A stretch of 64,000 nucleotides of DNA from Curvibacter sp. PD_MW3 (GTDB taxonomy: Bacteria; Pseudomonadota; Gammaproteobacteria; Burkholderiales; Burkholderiaceae_C): contig NSIV01000002.1 of the NCBI GenBank assembly GCA_002633085.1, positions 105,602 to 169,601 of the forward strand, given 5' to 3'. The notes under the pieces are model-generated. The model was not told the DNA's origin, made no database searches, and worked only from the letters and a program-made list of their open reading frames with translations. Below, one piece after another: positions 32,533-40,640 of this stretch (its first letter is position 1; each line of letters begins with the position of its first letter). Position numbers and translations under genes: made by a program.

Positions 32533-32770
32533 TCATGCTCTTGCCACTGGGATCTGTTTCAGATCGGTCGTGTAGTCCGGCGACTTGCTGTCCTGCTTCA
32601 TGCCCCAAGCCCGAGGCGCCGCGCCCACCTTGCCGCTGGCGAGCTTCAAGGCGCCCTTGCCCCATCGGTCATTGACCGCGTCGAGCGCCTGCATCAGCCG
32701 CGCCCTGTCGTGCTCCGACTCGGGCTACCCAAGATCGAGCTCAAACTGCTCGCGGGTAACCGAATCGAAA
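32533..32770 (-). pseudogene. umuC: Remnant of the umuC 3' end (C-terminal ~78 codons) with an in-frame TAG
   Basis: The minus-strand translation reads ...REQFELDLG*PESEHDRARLMQALDAVNDRWGKGALKLASGKVGAAPRAWGMKQDSKSPDYTTDLKQIPVARA*. It aligns with the C-terminus of the intact UmuC at 58639 (..[66 protein letters not shown]). The stop is at 32725-32727. Confidence 0.8.
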
Positions 32771-32906
32771 TTCGTGCCGACTGCCCCGGCATTGGGCTTT
32801 GACGCACCAGTCAAGAGGCAGCGGTCCAAGCGTGCACCAATTGGCAAGCATGTCGCTTTTCAAAGCTCCATCAATATCAATTCAATATTTGTTGTATCAT
32901 TGATTT

Positions 32907-33230
32907 ATGAACGAATACAGCGCTGTCGTCTCGCTCGCCGCATTGGCTCAGGAAGTGCGCCTAAGAGTGTTTAGGGCACTGGTCGTCGCTGGACAGGACG
33001 GCCTCACGCCGAGCTCGCTCGCTGAGCAATTGGAGGTTGCGGGCAACACGCTCTCCTTCCACCTCAAGGAGCTGTCCCACGCGGGCTTGATCACCCAAGA
33101 GCGCCAAGGCCGAAACCTCATTTACCGAGCCTCGTTCGCCACCATGAACGAACTGCTCGCCTACCTCACCGAAAACTGCTGCCAGGGCCAGGAATGCCTT
33201 GCCACCGAAGCGGCCTCTTGCGGCTGCTGA
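32907..33230 (+). CDS. arsR: ArsR/SmtB-family arsenic-responsive repressor (C-terminal Cys-cluster type)
   Basis: LAQEVRLRVFRAL...LSFHLKELSHAGLI winged HTH and a C-terminal ENCCQGQEC motif. It is the first gene of the ars operon. Confidence 0.85.
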   Translation: MNEYSAVVSLAALAQEVRLRVFRALVVAGQDGLTPSSLAEQLEVAGNTLSFHLKELSHAGLITQERQGRNLIYRASFATMNELLAYLTENCCQGQECLATEAASCGC

Positions 33231-33248
33231 CCCTCCAAGGAGAAACCC

Positions 33249-33830
33249 ATGAAACGATTCCATGTGCACGTCCACGTCGACGACATCGCCAAGAGCATCG
33301 CCTTTTACAGCAAGCTCTTCGCCGCCGAGCCCGCGCGGATTGAGAGCGACTACGCCAAATGGATGCTCGAAGACCCCCGCGTGAATTTCGCCATCTCCAC
33401 GCGCGGAACAACGCCTGGCGTCGATCATTTAGGCTTCCAAGTGGATGACTCCTCCGAGCTCGACGAGCTCAAAGGCCGCGCCCAAGCTGCGGACATGACA
33501 TTGCTGGACGAGGGGGCCACCACCTGTTGCTACGCTAGAAGCGAAAAGCATTGGGTGACCGACCCGCAAGGCATCGCATGGGAGCACTTCCATACGCTGG
33601 GCAACATCCCAATGTTCAACGAAAGCAGCAAGGCCACCGCATCGGGCGAATGCTGCTCGCCTACCGACACTGCCGCATCTGCTCAAACCGCATGCTGCGG
33701 CCCCGCCACCGCACTAAAACCAGTCAACCAAGCAGCCTCCGCTTGCTGCGCTCCCGCTGTCGCTGCGACGGCCCCGACAGCCAAGGCCGCCTGCTGCGGC
33801 CCGAACACTTCTAAATCTTCCTGCTGCTGA
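33249..33830 (+). CDS. arsI: ArsI/CadI-family VOC (glyoxalase-fold) metalloenzyme, candidate C-As lyase, with a long Cys-pair tail
   Basis: MKRFHVHVHVDDIAKSIAFYSKLF, GVDHLGFQV, a vicinal-Cys motif TTCCYA and WEHFHT. The C-terminal roughly 60 aa carry five more CC pairs. Confidence 0.75.
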   Translation: MKRFHVHVHVDDIAKSIAFYSKLFAAEPARIESDYAKWMLEDPRVNFAISTRGTTPGVDHLGFQVDDSSELDELKGRAQAADMTLLDEGATTCCYARSEKHWVTDPQGIAWEHFHTLGNIPMFNESSKATASGECCSPTDTAASAQTACCGPATALKPVNQAASACCAPAVAATAPTAKAACCGPNTSKSSCC

Positions 33831-33838
33831 CCAAACCC

Positions 33839-34345
33839 ATGACTGACACTAGCAAACCCCTGAACGTCTTGTTCCTCTGCACGCACAATTCCGCGCGCAG
33901 CATCCTGGCCGAGGCCTTGCTCAATGCCATAGGCGGTGGCCGCTTCAAGGCCTATTCGGCGGGAAGCAGCCCGCGCGACAACCAGAAGCCCAACCCACTG
34001 GGCTTGCAAGTTCTGGAAAAAGCTGGGATTTCCATCGAAGGCCTGCGCAGCAAGAGCTGGGATGAATTTGCCAAGCCCGGCGCGCCGCAGATGGACCTGA
34101 TCATTACTGTCTGCGACAACGCAGCAGGCGAAGTCTGCCCGATCTGGCCAGGGCATCCCGCCACTGCCCATTGGGGTTACGCAGACCCGTCTGAAGGCGA
34201 TGCTCCTGAAAGCGAAAAGTTGGAAGCTTTCCGAAAGACGCTCCACCTGATCAAACGCCGCCTTGAGTTGTTGATCAACCTGCCGTCAGACAAGTTGGAA
34301 AAGACCCTGCTTCAAACGACTGCCCGCGAACTCGCAAAGGAATGA
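33839..34345 (+). CDS. arsC: Arsenate reductase, LMW-PTPase (thioredoxin-coupled) type
   Basis: LNVLFLCTHNSARSILAEAL P-loop CX5R motif. It sits between arsI and acr3. Confidence 0.9.
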   Translation: MTDTSKPLNVLFLCTHNSARSILAEALLNAIGGGRFKAYSAGSSPRDNQKPNPLGLQVLEKAGISIEGLRSKSWDEFAKPGAPQMDLIITVCDNAAGEVCPIWPGHPATAHWGYADPSEGDAPESEKLEAFRKTLHLIKRRLELLINLPSDKLEKTLLQTTARELAKE

Positions 34346-34346
34346 A

Positions 34347-35429
34347 ATGAGCGTTCAATGCGAAACCACCGCCAAACAGGCGGCGGGCGCTCCGATGAGC
34401 GTGTTCGAGCGATATCTGACCCTATGGGTGTTCCTGTGCATCGTCGCCGGCATCGCCCTCGGGCAATTCCTGCCCAGCGTGTTTCAGGCGATCGGCCGCA
34501 TGGAAATCGCGAAGGTCAACTTGCCTGTGGGCCTGCTGATCTGGGCGATGATCATCCCGATGCTGGTCAAGGTGGACTTCTCCGCTCTCGGCGAAGTGCG
34601 CAAGCACGTCAAGGGCATTGGCGTGACTCTGTTTGTGAACTGGCTGGTAAAGCCCTTCTCGATGGCATTCCTCGGCTGGCTGTTCATCCGGCATTGGTTC
34701 GCGCCACTGCTGCCACCTGACCAGCTCGACAGCTATATCGCCGGACTCATTCTGCTGGCCGCCGCGCCATGCACAGCCATGGTGTTCGTGTGGAGCAGGC
34801 TTACTGGCGGCGATCCCCTGTTCACGCTGTCGCAAGTCGCTCTCAACGACAGCATCATGGTGGTCGCCTTCGCGCCGCTCGTGGCGTTTCTGTTGGGGTT
34901 GTCCGCCATCACGGTGCCATGGGACACCCTACTGACCTCTGTGGTCCTCTATATCGTCATTCCAGTGATCCTGGCGCAGTTGCTGCGCAAGTCCCTGCTT
35001 TCCAAGGGGCAAGCGGCCTTTGACGCTACGATGGAAAAAATCGGCCCCTGGTCGATCACGGCCTTGCTCGCAACGTTGGTGCTTCTGTTCGCCTTCCAAG
35101 GGGAAGCCATCATGAAGCAGCCACTTGTGATTGGCCTGTTGGCAGTGCCAATCCTGATTCAGGTCTTTTTCAACTCGGCGTTGGCCTATTGGCTGAACCG
35201 TGCCGTGGGCGAAAAGCACAACATCGCATGCCCTTCCGCCTTGATCGGCGCCTCCAACTTTTTCGAGCTGGCAGTGGCCGCTGCGATCAGCCTATTTGGC
35301 TTCAACTCCGGGGCTGCGCTGGCGACTGTGGTGGGCGTGCTGATCGAAGTGCCCGTAATGCTGCTGGTGGTGAGCATTGTCAACAAGAGCAAGGGCTGGT
35401 ATGAGCGCTCGGAGGTGAAGTCGGCATGA
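34347..35429 (+). CDS. acr3: Arsenite efflux permease ACR3
   Basis: FERYLTLWVFLCIVAGIALG and a 10-TM profile with conserved Acr3-family segments (APCTAMV). Confidence 0.9.
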   Translation: MSVQCETTAKQAAGAPMSVFERYLTLWVFLCIVAGIALGQFLPSVFQAIGRMEIAKVNLPVGLLIWAMIIPMLVKVDFSALGEVRKHVKGIGVTLFVNWLVKPFSMAFLGWLFIRHWFAPLLPPDQLDSYIAGLILLAAAPCTAMVFVWSRLTGGDPLFTLSQVALNDSIMVVAFAPLVAFLLGLSAITVPWDTLLTSVVLYIVIPVILAQLLRKSLLSKGQAAFDATMEKIGPWSITALLATLVLLFAFQGEAIMKQPLVIGLLAVPILIQVFFNSALAYWLNRAVGEKHNIACPSALIGASNFFELAVAAAISLFGFNSGAALATVVGVLIEVPVMLLVVSIVNKSKGWYERSEVKSA

Positions 35430-35863
35430 GCGAAATCACGATCTATCACAACCCGAAGTGCGGCACGTCGCGCAACACCCTGGCGATGATCCGCAATTCC
35501 GGCGTCGAACCCAAGGTGATTCACTATTTGGAGACGCCACCCAGCCGCAAGGAACTGGTGGCTTTGATCTCCGCGATGGATATTCCGGTCCGCGAGATCC
35601 TGCGCCAAAAAGGGACTCCCTATGACGAACTGGACCTTGGCAACGCCAAGTGGACAGACGACGAGTTGATCGACTTCATGATGCAACACCCCATCCTGAT
35701 CAATCGCCCCATCGTCGTGACGCCGCTAGGCACGAGGCTTTGCCGCCCTTCGGAAGCTGTCCTAGACTTGTTGCCCAACCCACAGAAGGGCGTATTCTTC
35801 AAGGAAGACGGGGAAGCCGTGATCAACGATCGCGGGGAAAGGGTCGACGCGTCACAGCAATAG
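35426..35863 (+). CDS. arsC: Arsenate reductase, glutaredoxin-coupled ArsC/Spx family
   Basis: ITIYHNPKCGTSRNTLAMIR...LINRPIV. It overlaps the acr3 stop by 4 nt. Confidence 0.9.
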   Translation: MSEITIYHNPKCGTSRNTLAMIRNSGVEPKVIHYLETPPSRKELVALISAMDIPVREILRQKGTPYDELDLGNAKWTDDELIDFMMQHPILINRPIVVTPLGTRLCRPSEAVLDLLPNPQKGVFFKEDGEAVINDRGERVDASQQ

Positions 35864-36079
35864 ATGCACCTGACGGAGAAACACGAACATCCGCATGTCC
35901 ACGAGCCCATGTATCACGCGCATGAACATGCGCATGACGAACACCACCAGCACGACCACCCTCATCAACCAGGTGTTGTCTTGGCTCCCGGACAGAACCA
36001 CACCCATGGATACCGTCACGAACCGATCGAGGATGCCCACGCGCATTTCACAGACTCGCACCACCGTCACGTCCATTGA
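35864..36079 (+). CDS. Small histidine-rich protein (putative metal-binding)
   Basis: 71-aa ORF starting on the base after the arsC stop, with about 21 His in HxH/HExH patterns. There is no separate RBS, so translation may be coupled. Confidence 0.4.
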   Translation: MHLTEKHEHPHVHEPMYHAHEHAHDEHHQHDHPHQPGVVLAPGQNHTHGYRHEPIEDAHAHFTDSHHRHVH

Positions 36080-36118
36080 ATGGTCTCGCTGGCAGTCAAA
36101 TTTCACGCATTTGCCTTT

Positions 36119-36140
36119 CATTCTAATACTCGTTAGAATG
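36119..36140. promoter_or_regulatory. Candidate operator for the ArsR-rhodanese regulator
   Basis: Perfect inverted repeat CATTCTAA-tactcg-TTAGAATG ending 5 nt before the ATG at 36146. Confidence 0.5.
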
Positions 36141-36145
36141 GACGA

Positions 36146-36817
36146 ATGGAAAAACGAACTGTCAAAGACCTTCTTTACGAACAAGTCGCACGCATCGGCA
36201 AAGCCACTTCGAGTCCAAAACGCCTTGAACTGTTGGAACTTCTCGCGCAGGGCGAAAAGTCCGTCGAGGCCTTGTCAACCGAACTTTCGATTGAGATCAA
36301 GCTCGCTAGCGCCCATTTGAAAGTCCTCAGAGAAGCACGCTTGGTGGCTTCTCGCAAAGATGGCAAGTTCGTCTTTTATCGTTTGAGCGGCCAAGATGTG
36401 GCAGGCCTTTGGGTTTCGTTGCGCGAGGTCGCCGAAGAGCATTTGGTGGAGTTGAGCGTAGCGTTGGACGAAATGGCATCCGCCCCCGACAAACTCGCCA
36501 GCGTCAGCCGCAAACAGCTCATGGAGCAAGCCAAACGCGGCGAAGTCATTGTGATTGATGTGCGTCCGCGAGCCGAGTTCGATCATGGACATCTCCCATT
36601 TGCCAGGTCCATGCCATTAGACGAGATCTCTCAACGCATCGCAGAGCTTCCCAAGAACACCGAGATCGTCGCTTACTGCCGTGGCCCTTTCTGCCTGTTT
36701 TCCGAGGAAGCGGCTCAATTGCTTAAATCCAAAGGCCGCAAGGTCAGCAAGCTCTTCGACGGCGTAGCCGAGTGGAGCGCCGCTGGCATGCCACTTGAAA
36801 TCGAGAAATCCACATGA
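36146..36817 (+). CDS. ArsR/SmtB-family HTH fused to a rhodanese domain (BigR/persulfide-sensor-like regulator)
   Basis: N-terminal KATSSPKRLELLELLAQGEKSVEALS...HLKVLREARLV HTH. C-terminal rhodanese with VIDVRPRAEFDHGHLPFARS..YCRGPFC. Confidence 0.75.
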   Translation: MEKRTVKDLLYEQVARIGKATSSPKRLELLELLAQGEKSVEALSTELSIEIKLASAHLKVLREARLVASRKDGKFVFYRLSGQDVAGLWVSLREVAEEHLVELSVALDEMASAPDKLASVSRKQLMEQAKRGEVIVIDVRPRAEFDHGHLPFARSMPLDEISQRIAELPKNTEIVAYCRGPFCLFSEEAAQLLKSKGRKVSKLFDGVAEWSAAGMPLEIEKST

Positions 36818-37164
36818 GCTCAATTCTGTTCATCGTCAATGACGCGCCCTATGGAAACGAACGCGCCTACAACGCGCTTCGATTGGCGGGCTCCCTCGCC
36901 GCCAAGGATGACGTGCATGTTCGGGTTTTCCTGATGGCCGATGCAGTCGGGTGCGCCAAGGACCACCAGAAGGTTCCCGATGGCTACTACAACACCCAAC
37001 TCATGCTCGCCAAGGTCATCCGCAAAGGCGAGGTGGCGCTTTGCGGCACCTGCATGGACGCGCGCGGATTAGCCGAGTCCGAAGTGATCGAAGGCGCCAA
37101 GCGCTCCACACTGTCCCAGCTCGCCGACTGGACGCTGGAAGCCGACAAAGTTCTCGTTTTTTAA
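36814..37164 (+). CDS. DsrE/DsrF-like sulfur-relay family protein
   Basis: ILFIVNDAPYGNERAYNALRLA...CGTCMDARG matches the DsrE family pattern. It overlaps the upstream stop by 4 nt. Confidence 0.7.
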   Translation: MSSILFIVNDAPYGNERAYNALRLAGSLAAKDDVHVRVFLMADAVGCAKDHQKVPDGYYNTQLMLAKVIRKGEVALCGTCMDARGLAESEVIEGAKRSTLSQLADWTLEADKVLVF

Positions 37165-37174
37165 GAGGTCCATC

Positions 37175-37906
37175 ATGTTCTTCAAACAACTCCCCACCAA
37201 AGAATCCTCGCTGTCGTATTTCTTTGGATGCGCAGGCCACGCCATCGCCGCCGCTGTCGATGTGGTAGCTGGCGACGAAGATTGGTTCATCGAACAAGCC
37301 GCCCTGGCGAATGTGCGCATCGCCTACGTCATCGACACCCATGTCCATGCCGATCACTTTTCGGGAGGCCGGGAGCTGGCCAAGCGCGTTGGCGCGCCCT
37401 ACTGCTTGCATGAGAGCGCGCGATCCTTTGTGAAGTTCGACTACGAACCTTTGGCGGACGGCCAATTGCTCGACCTGGGCAACGTCAAGATCAAGGTTCT
37501 ACACACGCCAGGACATACGCTAGACAGCATGTGCTTGCTTGTGTCAGATGCTCGTCGCGGTCCTGAACCATGGTTTGTCATCACGGGCGACACTCTGTTC
37601 GTCGGCGCCACGGGACGTCCGGACTTGGCTGGGCGCGAACAGGAAATGGCGGGCATGCTGTTCGACAGCTTGGGCTCCAAACTCCTCAATCTCCCCGCCG
37701 AACTTGAGATTTTTCCGGGCCACCAAGCAGGCAGCGCCTGCGGAGTGGGCCTTTCGGGCAAGCCCTCTTCGACCATTGGCTTTGAGAAGCGCTGGAATCC
37801 GTTGCTGACGATGAACCGCGAGGCCTTTGTTCGCGAGCTGACCGCCAATATTCCAGCACGCCCGGCCAACATGGACCAGATCGTCGCCACCAACATCGCA
37901 GCCTGA
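37175..37906 (+). CDS. MBL-fold metallo-hydrolase (persulfide dioxygenase/Blh-like)
   Basis: VIDTHVHADHFSGG, HTPGHT and GDTLF motifs of the beta-lactamase fold. Confidence 0.8.
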   Translation: MFFKQLPTKESSLSYFFGCAGHAIAAAVDVVAGDEDWFIEQAALANVRIAYVIDTHVHADHFSGGRELAKRVGAPYCLHESARSFVKFDYEPLADGQLLDLGNVKIKVLHTPGHTLDSMCLLVSDARRGPEPWFVITGDTLFVGATGRPDLAGREQEMAGMLFDSLGSKLLNLPAELEIFPGHQAGSACGVGLSGKPSSTIGFEKRWNPLLTMNREAFVRELTANIPARPANMDQIVATNIAA

Positions 37907-37913
37907 TTCAACC

Positions 37914-39197
37914 ATGGAATTGAAGCACGGCATCAGCCACAACAAAAGCCAATTCATCCACCAACTCTTTCAGGTGCTGTTGGTGGGCCTCACGATTGGC
38001 ATGACCCGCACGGTCGTGCCTGCTCTGGCCGAGTCAGACTTTGGTGTGCCAAAGAACTCATTCGTATTGCTGAGCTCATTCGTGGTGGCCTTTGGATTGG
38101 TCAAAGGCGCCATGAACTTTGTCGCAGGGCGCCTCTCCGAGCGCATCGGTCGCAAGCAAGTTCTGCTGCTTGGGTGGCTTGTCGCACTGCCCATCCCTGT
38201 CATGATTTGGTTCGCGCCCAGTTGGAGCTGGGTCGTGGCGGCTACTGTATTGCTGGGCGTCAACCAAGGGCTTACATGGTCGATGACACAGACCTCCAAG
38301 CTCGACATTACGCGGCTTGAAGAGCGGGGATTGACACTCGGGCTCAACGAGTTTTCCGGATACGTGGGCGTGGCCCTGGCTGGCATTGCTACAGCCTACA
38401 TGGCGTCACATTTCGGCGCGCGGCAAGGGATTCTGATTTTTGGCATGACAGTCATTGTTCTGGCATTGGTTCTGACCCAAATATGGGTCAAGGACACTCT
38501 GCCATGGGCCAAGGCAGAGGCTGCAAAGCACGCTCCAGGCGCAGTCCAGACAATGCGTCCGCGCTATCCACAAGGGGTATCCAGCAACCCTTCTACCAAG
38601 GAAATCTTCACGCTCATGAGCTGGAGGGATAAACGCCTGATGGCTTTGAGCCAGGCAGGACTGGTGGAGAAGTTCGTCGATGCCTTGGTGTGGATTTTCT
38701 ATCCAGTATTCCTATATCAAAAGGGTGTGAGCTTGCCGAATGTGGGATGGATCATCGGCTTCTACGGCTTCGTGTGGGGCGGCTCGCAACTCTTCACCGG
38801 CAGGCTCTCAGACCGCGTTGGACGACACCAGCTCAACGTTTGGGGCATGTGGATTTGCGGCGCGGGCGTGGCGGCCATGATGCTGGGCGAGGGAGTCGCA
38901 TGGTGGGCATCATCGGCTGCCATCTCTGGCTTTGGCATGGCCCTGCTATATCCCAATCTGTCTGCGGCGGTGGCCGACATCTCCCATCCGTCTTGGCGTG
39001 GTTCGGCTATCGGCATCTACCGCTTTTGGCGCGACTTGGGCTACGGTATCGGCGCGCTGGGCCTAGGCCTCGCTGCCCACTTCACAGGTCAGATGCAAGC
39101 TGCATTTTGGTTTGTGTCACTGTCTATGTTCGCCTCCGGCGCATTGCTATGGTGGCTGGGCGAGGAGACGCATCCCCGGTTGAACCCCGCGCAATAA
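37914..39197 (+). CDS. MFS transporter
   Basis: 427 aa with a 12-TM profile and an MFS loop motif GRLSERIGRK / GRLSDRVGRH. Confidence 0.8.
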   Translation: MELKHGISHNKSQFIHQLFQVLLVGLTIGMTRTVVPALAESDFGVPKNSFVLLSSFVVAFGLVKGAMNFVAGRLSERIGRKQVLLLGWLVALPIPVMIWFAPSWSWVVAATVLLGVNQGLTWSMTQTSKLDITRLEERGLTLGLNEFSGYVGVALAGIATAYMASHFGARQGILIFGMTVIVLALVLTQIWVKDTLPWAKAEAAKHAPGAVQTMRPRYPQGVSSNPSTKEIFTLMSWRDKRLMALSQAGLVEKFVDALVWIFYPVFLYQKGVSLPNVGWIIGFYGFVWGGSQLFTGRLSDRVGRHQLNVWGMWICGAGVAAMMLGEGVAWWASSAAISGFGMALLYPNLSAAVADISHPSWRGSAIGIYRFWRDLGYGIGALGLGLAAHFTGQMQAAFWFVSLSMFASGALLWWLGEETHPRLNPAQ

Positions 39198-39219
39198 ATT
39201 CACTTCAACGGAAAGCACC

Positions 39220-39681
39220 ATGAAACTTCGTTCCACAATCTCGCTCGCATTGGCGTGCGCCACGCTTGCCATCGCTCCCGCTGCATGGGCTGACAAGGCG
39301 CAAGCCATCGACGAAATGGAGGCTTACCTCGAGTTTGTGGATTACGGCGGTGGAGTCATCTTTGCCGAACAAATTCCCAAGGACGATTGGAAGAAGTTTT
39401 TGGTCATCGACGCTCGCGATCCCGCTCAGTTCGCAAAGAGCCACATACCAGGTGCCATCAATATCGAATGGCGCCAAGTGCTGGCAAAGCGCGCCTCGAT
39501 CCCAAAAGACAAGCCCGTGCTGATCTATTGCAACAGCGGATCGCTATCGGCGCAGGCAGGTTTTGCCATGCGGGTAGCCGGATGGGACAATCTGCGCATC
39601 TTGCAAGGCGGCTTTGACGAGTGGCGGGCGAAAGGTGGTTTCGATGCTTCCGCGAAAGCCACTATCCAAGCCACTCACTGA
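39220..39681 (+). CDS. Secreted rhodanese-domain protein
   Basis: Signal peptide ...LAIAPAAWA, then IDARDPAQFAKSHIPGAINI and the active-site loop YCNSGSLSAQ. Confidence 0.8.
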   Translation: MKLRSTISLALACATLAIAPAAWADKAQAIDEMEAYLEFVDYGGGVIFAEQIPKDDWKKFLVIDARDPAQFAKSHIPGAINIEWRQVLAKRASIPKDKPVLIYCNSGSLSAQAGFAMRVAGWDNLRILQGGFDEWRAKGGFDASAKATIQATH

Positions 39682-39770
39682 TCCTAACTGTTTAGCCTTG
39701 TCGGAAAGGATCGCGTTGCCTTTCATGAGCATCTCTTCACGATCGAGTCAATGACGGCAAGAGCTGCCAG

Positions 39771-40058
39771 TCAGTCCTGCGCCTTTAACTTCGCGTCCAA
39801 ATCTACCGCGATTTCGGAAAGGAGCTCCAGGACGGAGTCGCCGAGCTTGTCCGGTCCGACATGAGCGGCAAGGGACCTGTCTCGGGCGGCCATCAAATCG
39901 CTCAGCTCAGGGATGCACATGCGAACAGTCGATTCGATGACCGCATCGACCTCAGGATTCCCCGTGTCGAGCTCCATGCTCTCAAGCAGCTCCATCGTCA
40001 AATCCGCTCCAAGCATCAGGTCGCCCGTTACCCAAGTGTTGAATGTGAAGACCTCTGA
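39771..40058 (-). pseudogene. Truncated paralog (C-terminal ~95 codons) of the 40641-41324 gene
   Basis: ..NTWVTGDLMLGADLTMELLESMELDTGNPEVDAV..SDLMAARDRSLAAHVGPDKLGDS.LELLSEIAVDLDAKL aligns with the 3' third of the downstream paralog. By eye, DNA identity is roughly four in five positions over about 290 bp. Confidence 0.7.
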
Positions 40059-40110
40059 GAGAATAAGTGAGCAAATCCACTGCTTGACATATATCCGTAG
40101 TTTTTAGAGC

Positions 40111-40521
40111 ATGAAATTCAACATCCACAGCAGCCGTTGGCTAAACCAAGGTATGGACATTTGCACGCACCGATTCGACGACGGATATTCCTGCGCAGTA
40201 TCTATCGTTGGCGTAGATTTTTTAGACAATGGCCATGGAGGCAAAGTTGAATCGGTTCGATATGGACTGCGTCTTTGCAATGCACGCGGCGATGAATATC
40301 TGTGCAGAACGATTGCAGATAAAGTCGTCTCATTAGCACTATCCAATGGATCGGATGTTTTCACGGCGGTCCTAGACTCCTTCGAACTCGAAGATGGACA
40401 GCCACAGACGATTGCTGGTCAAACCCATTCAGATATTCGCGCCAGAGTAGACCGAGCCGAACTGTCATTCATAGAAACAAAAGCTAAAGCCGCCCGAGAT
40501 CGCAACGCCTCAAGGCTTTGA
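40111..40521 (+). CDS. Hypothetical protein (low-GC insert between the duplicated segments)
   Basis: 136-aa ORF with no recognisable motif. Confidence 0.35.
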   Translation: MKFNIHSSRWLNQGMDICTHRFDDGYSCAVSIVGVDFLDNGHGGKVESVRYGLRLCNARGDEYLCRTIADKVVSLALSNGSDVFTAVLDSFELEDGQPQTIAGQTHSDIRARVDRAELSFIETKAKAARDRNASRL

Positions 40522-40640
40522 GAGCACCAAGATTTACGCGCACGCCATAGACGAAACCTACTCAGAGCCCCACGGCGTCTTCCGCATTTCAGCGGAGTTC
40601 CCACTGGTCCCATTGAACAATAGTCTGGCGTTGCATAGCC

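Noticed and set aside
32860-32906. A possible ArsR operator in the AT-rich sequence upstream of arsR (aatatcaattcaatatt).
   Set aside because: It has only 5-bp arms in an AT-rich stretch, which is too weak to call without comparative data.
32585-32974. A 129-aa plus-strand ORF upstream of arsR.
   Set aside because: It is antisense to the recognisable umuC C-terminal remnant and overlaps the arsR start. It has no motifs.
35895-36320. An alternative-frame ORF (141 aa) and the minus-strand ORF 35852-36184 over the His-rich segment.
   Set aside because: They are Thr/Met/Arg- or Val/Met-rich low-complexity translations of the CAC/CAT-rich tract. The plus-strand ORF also overlaps the operator and the start of the ArsR-rhodanese gene.
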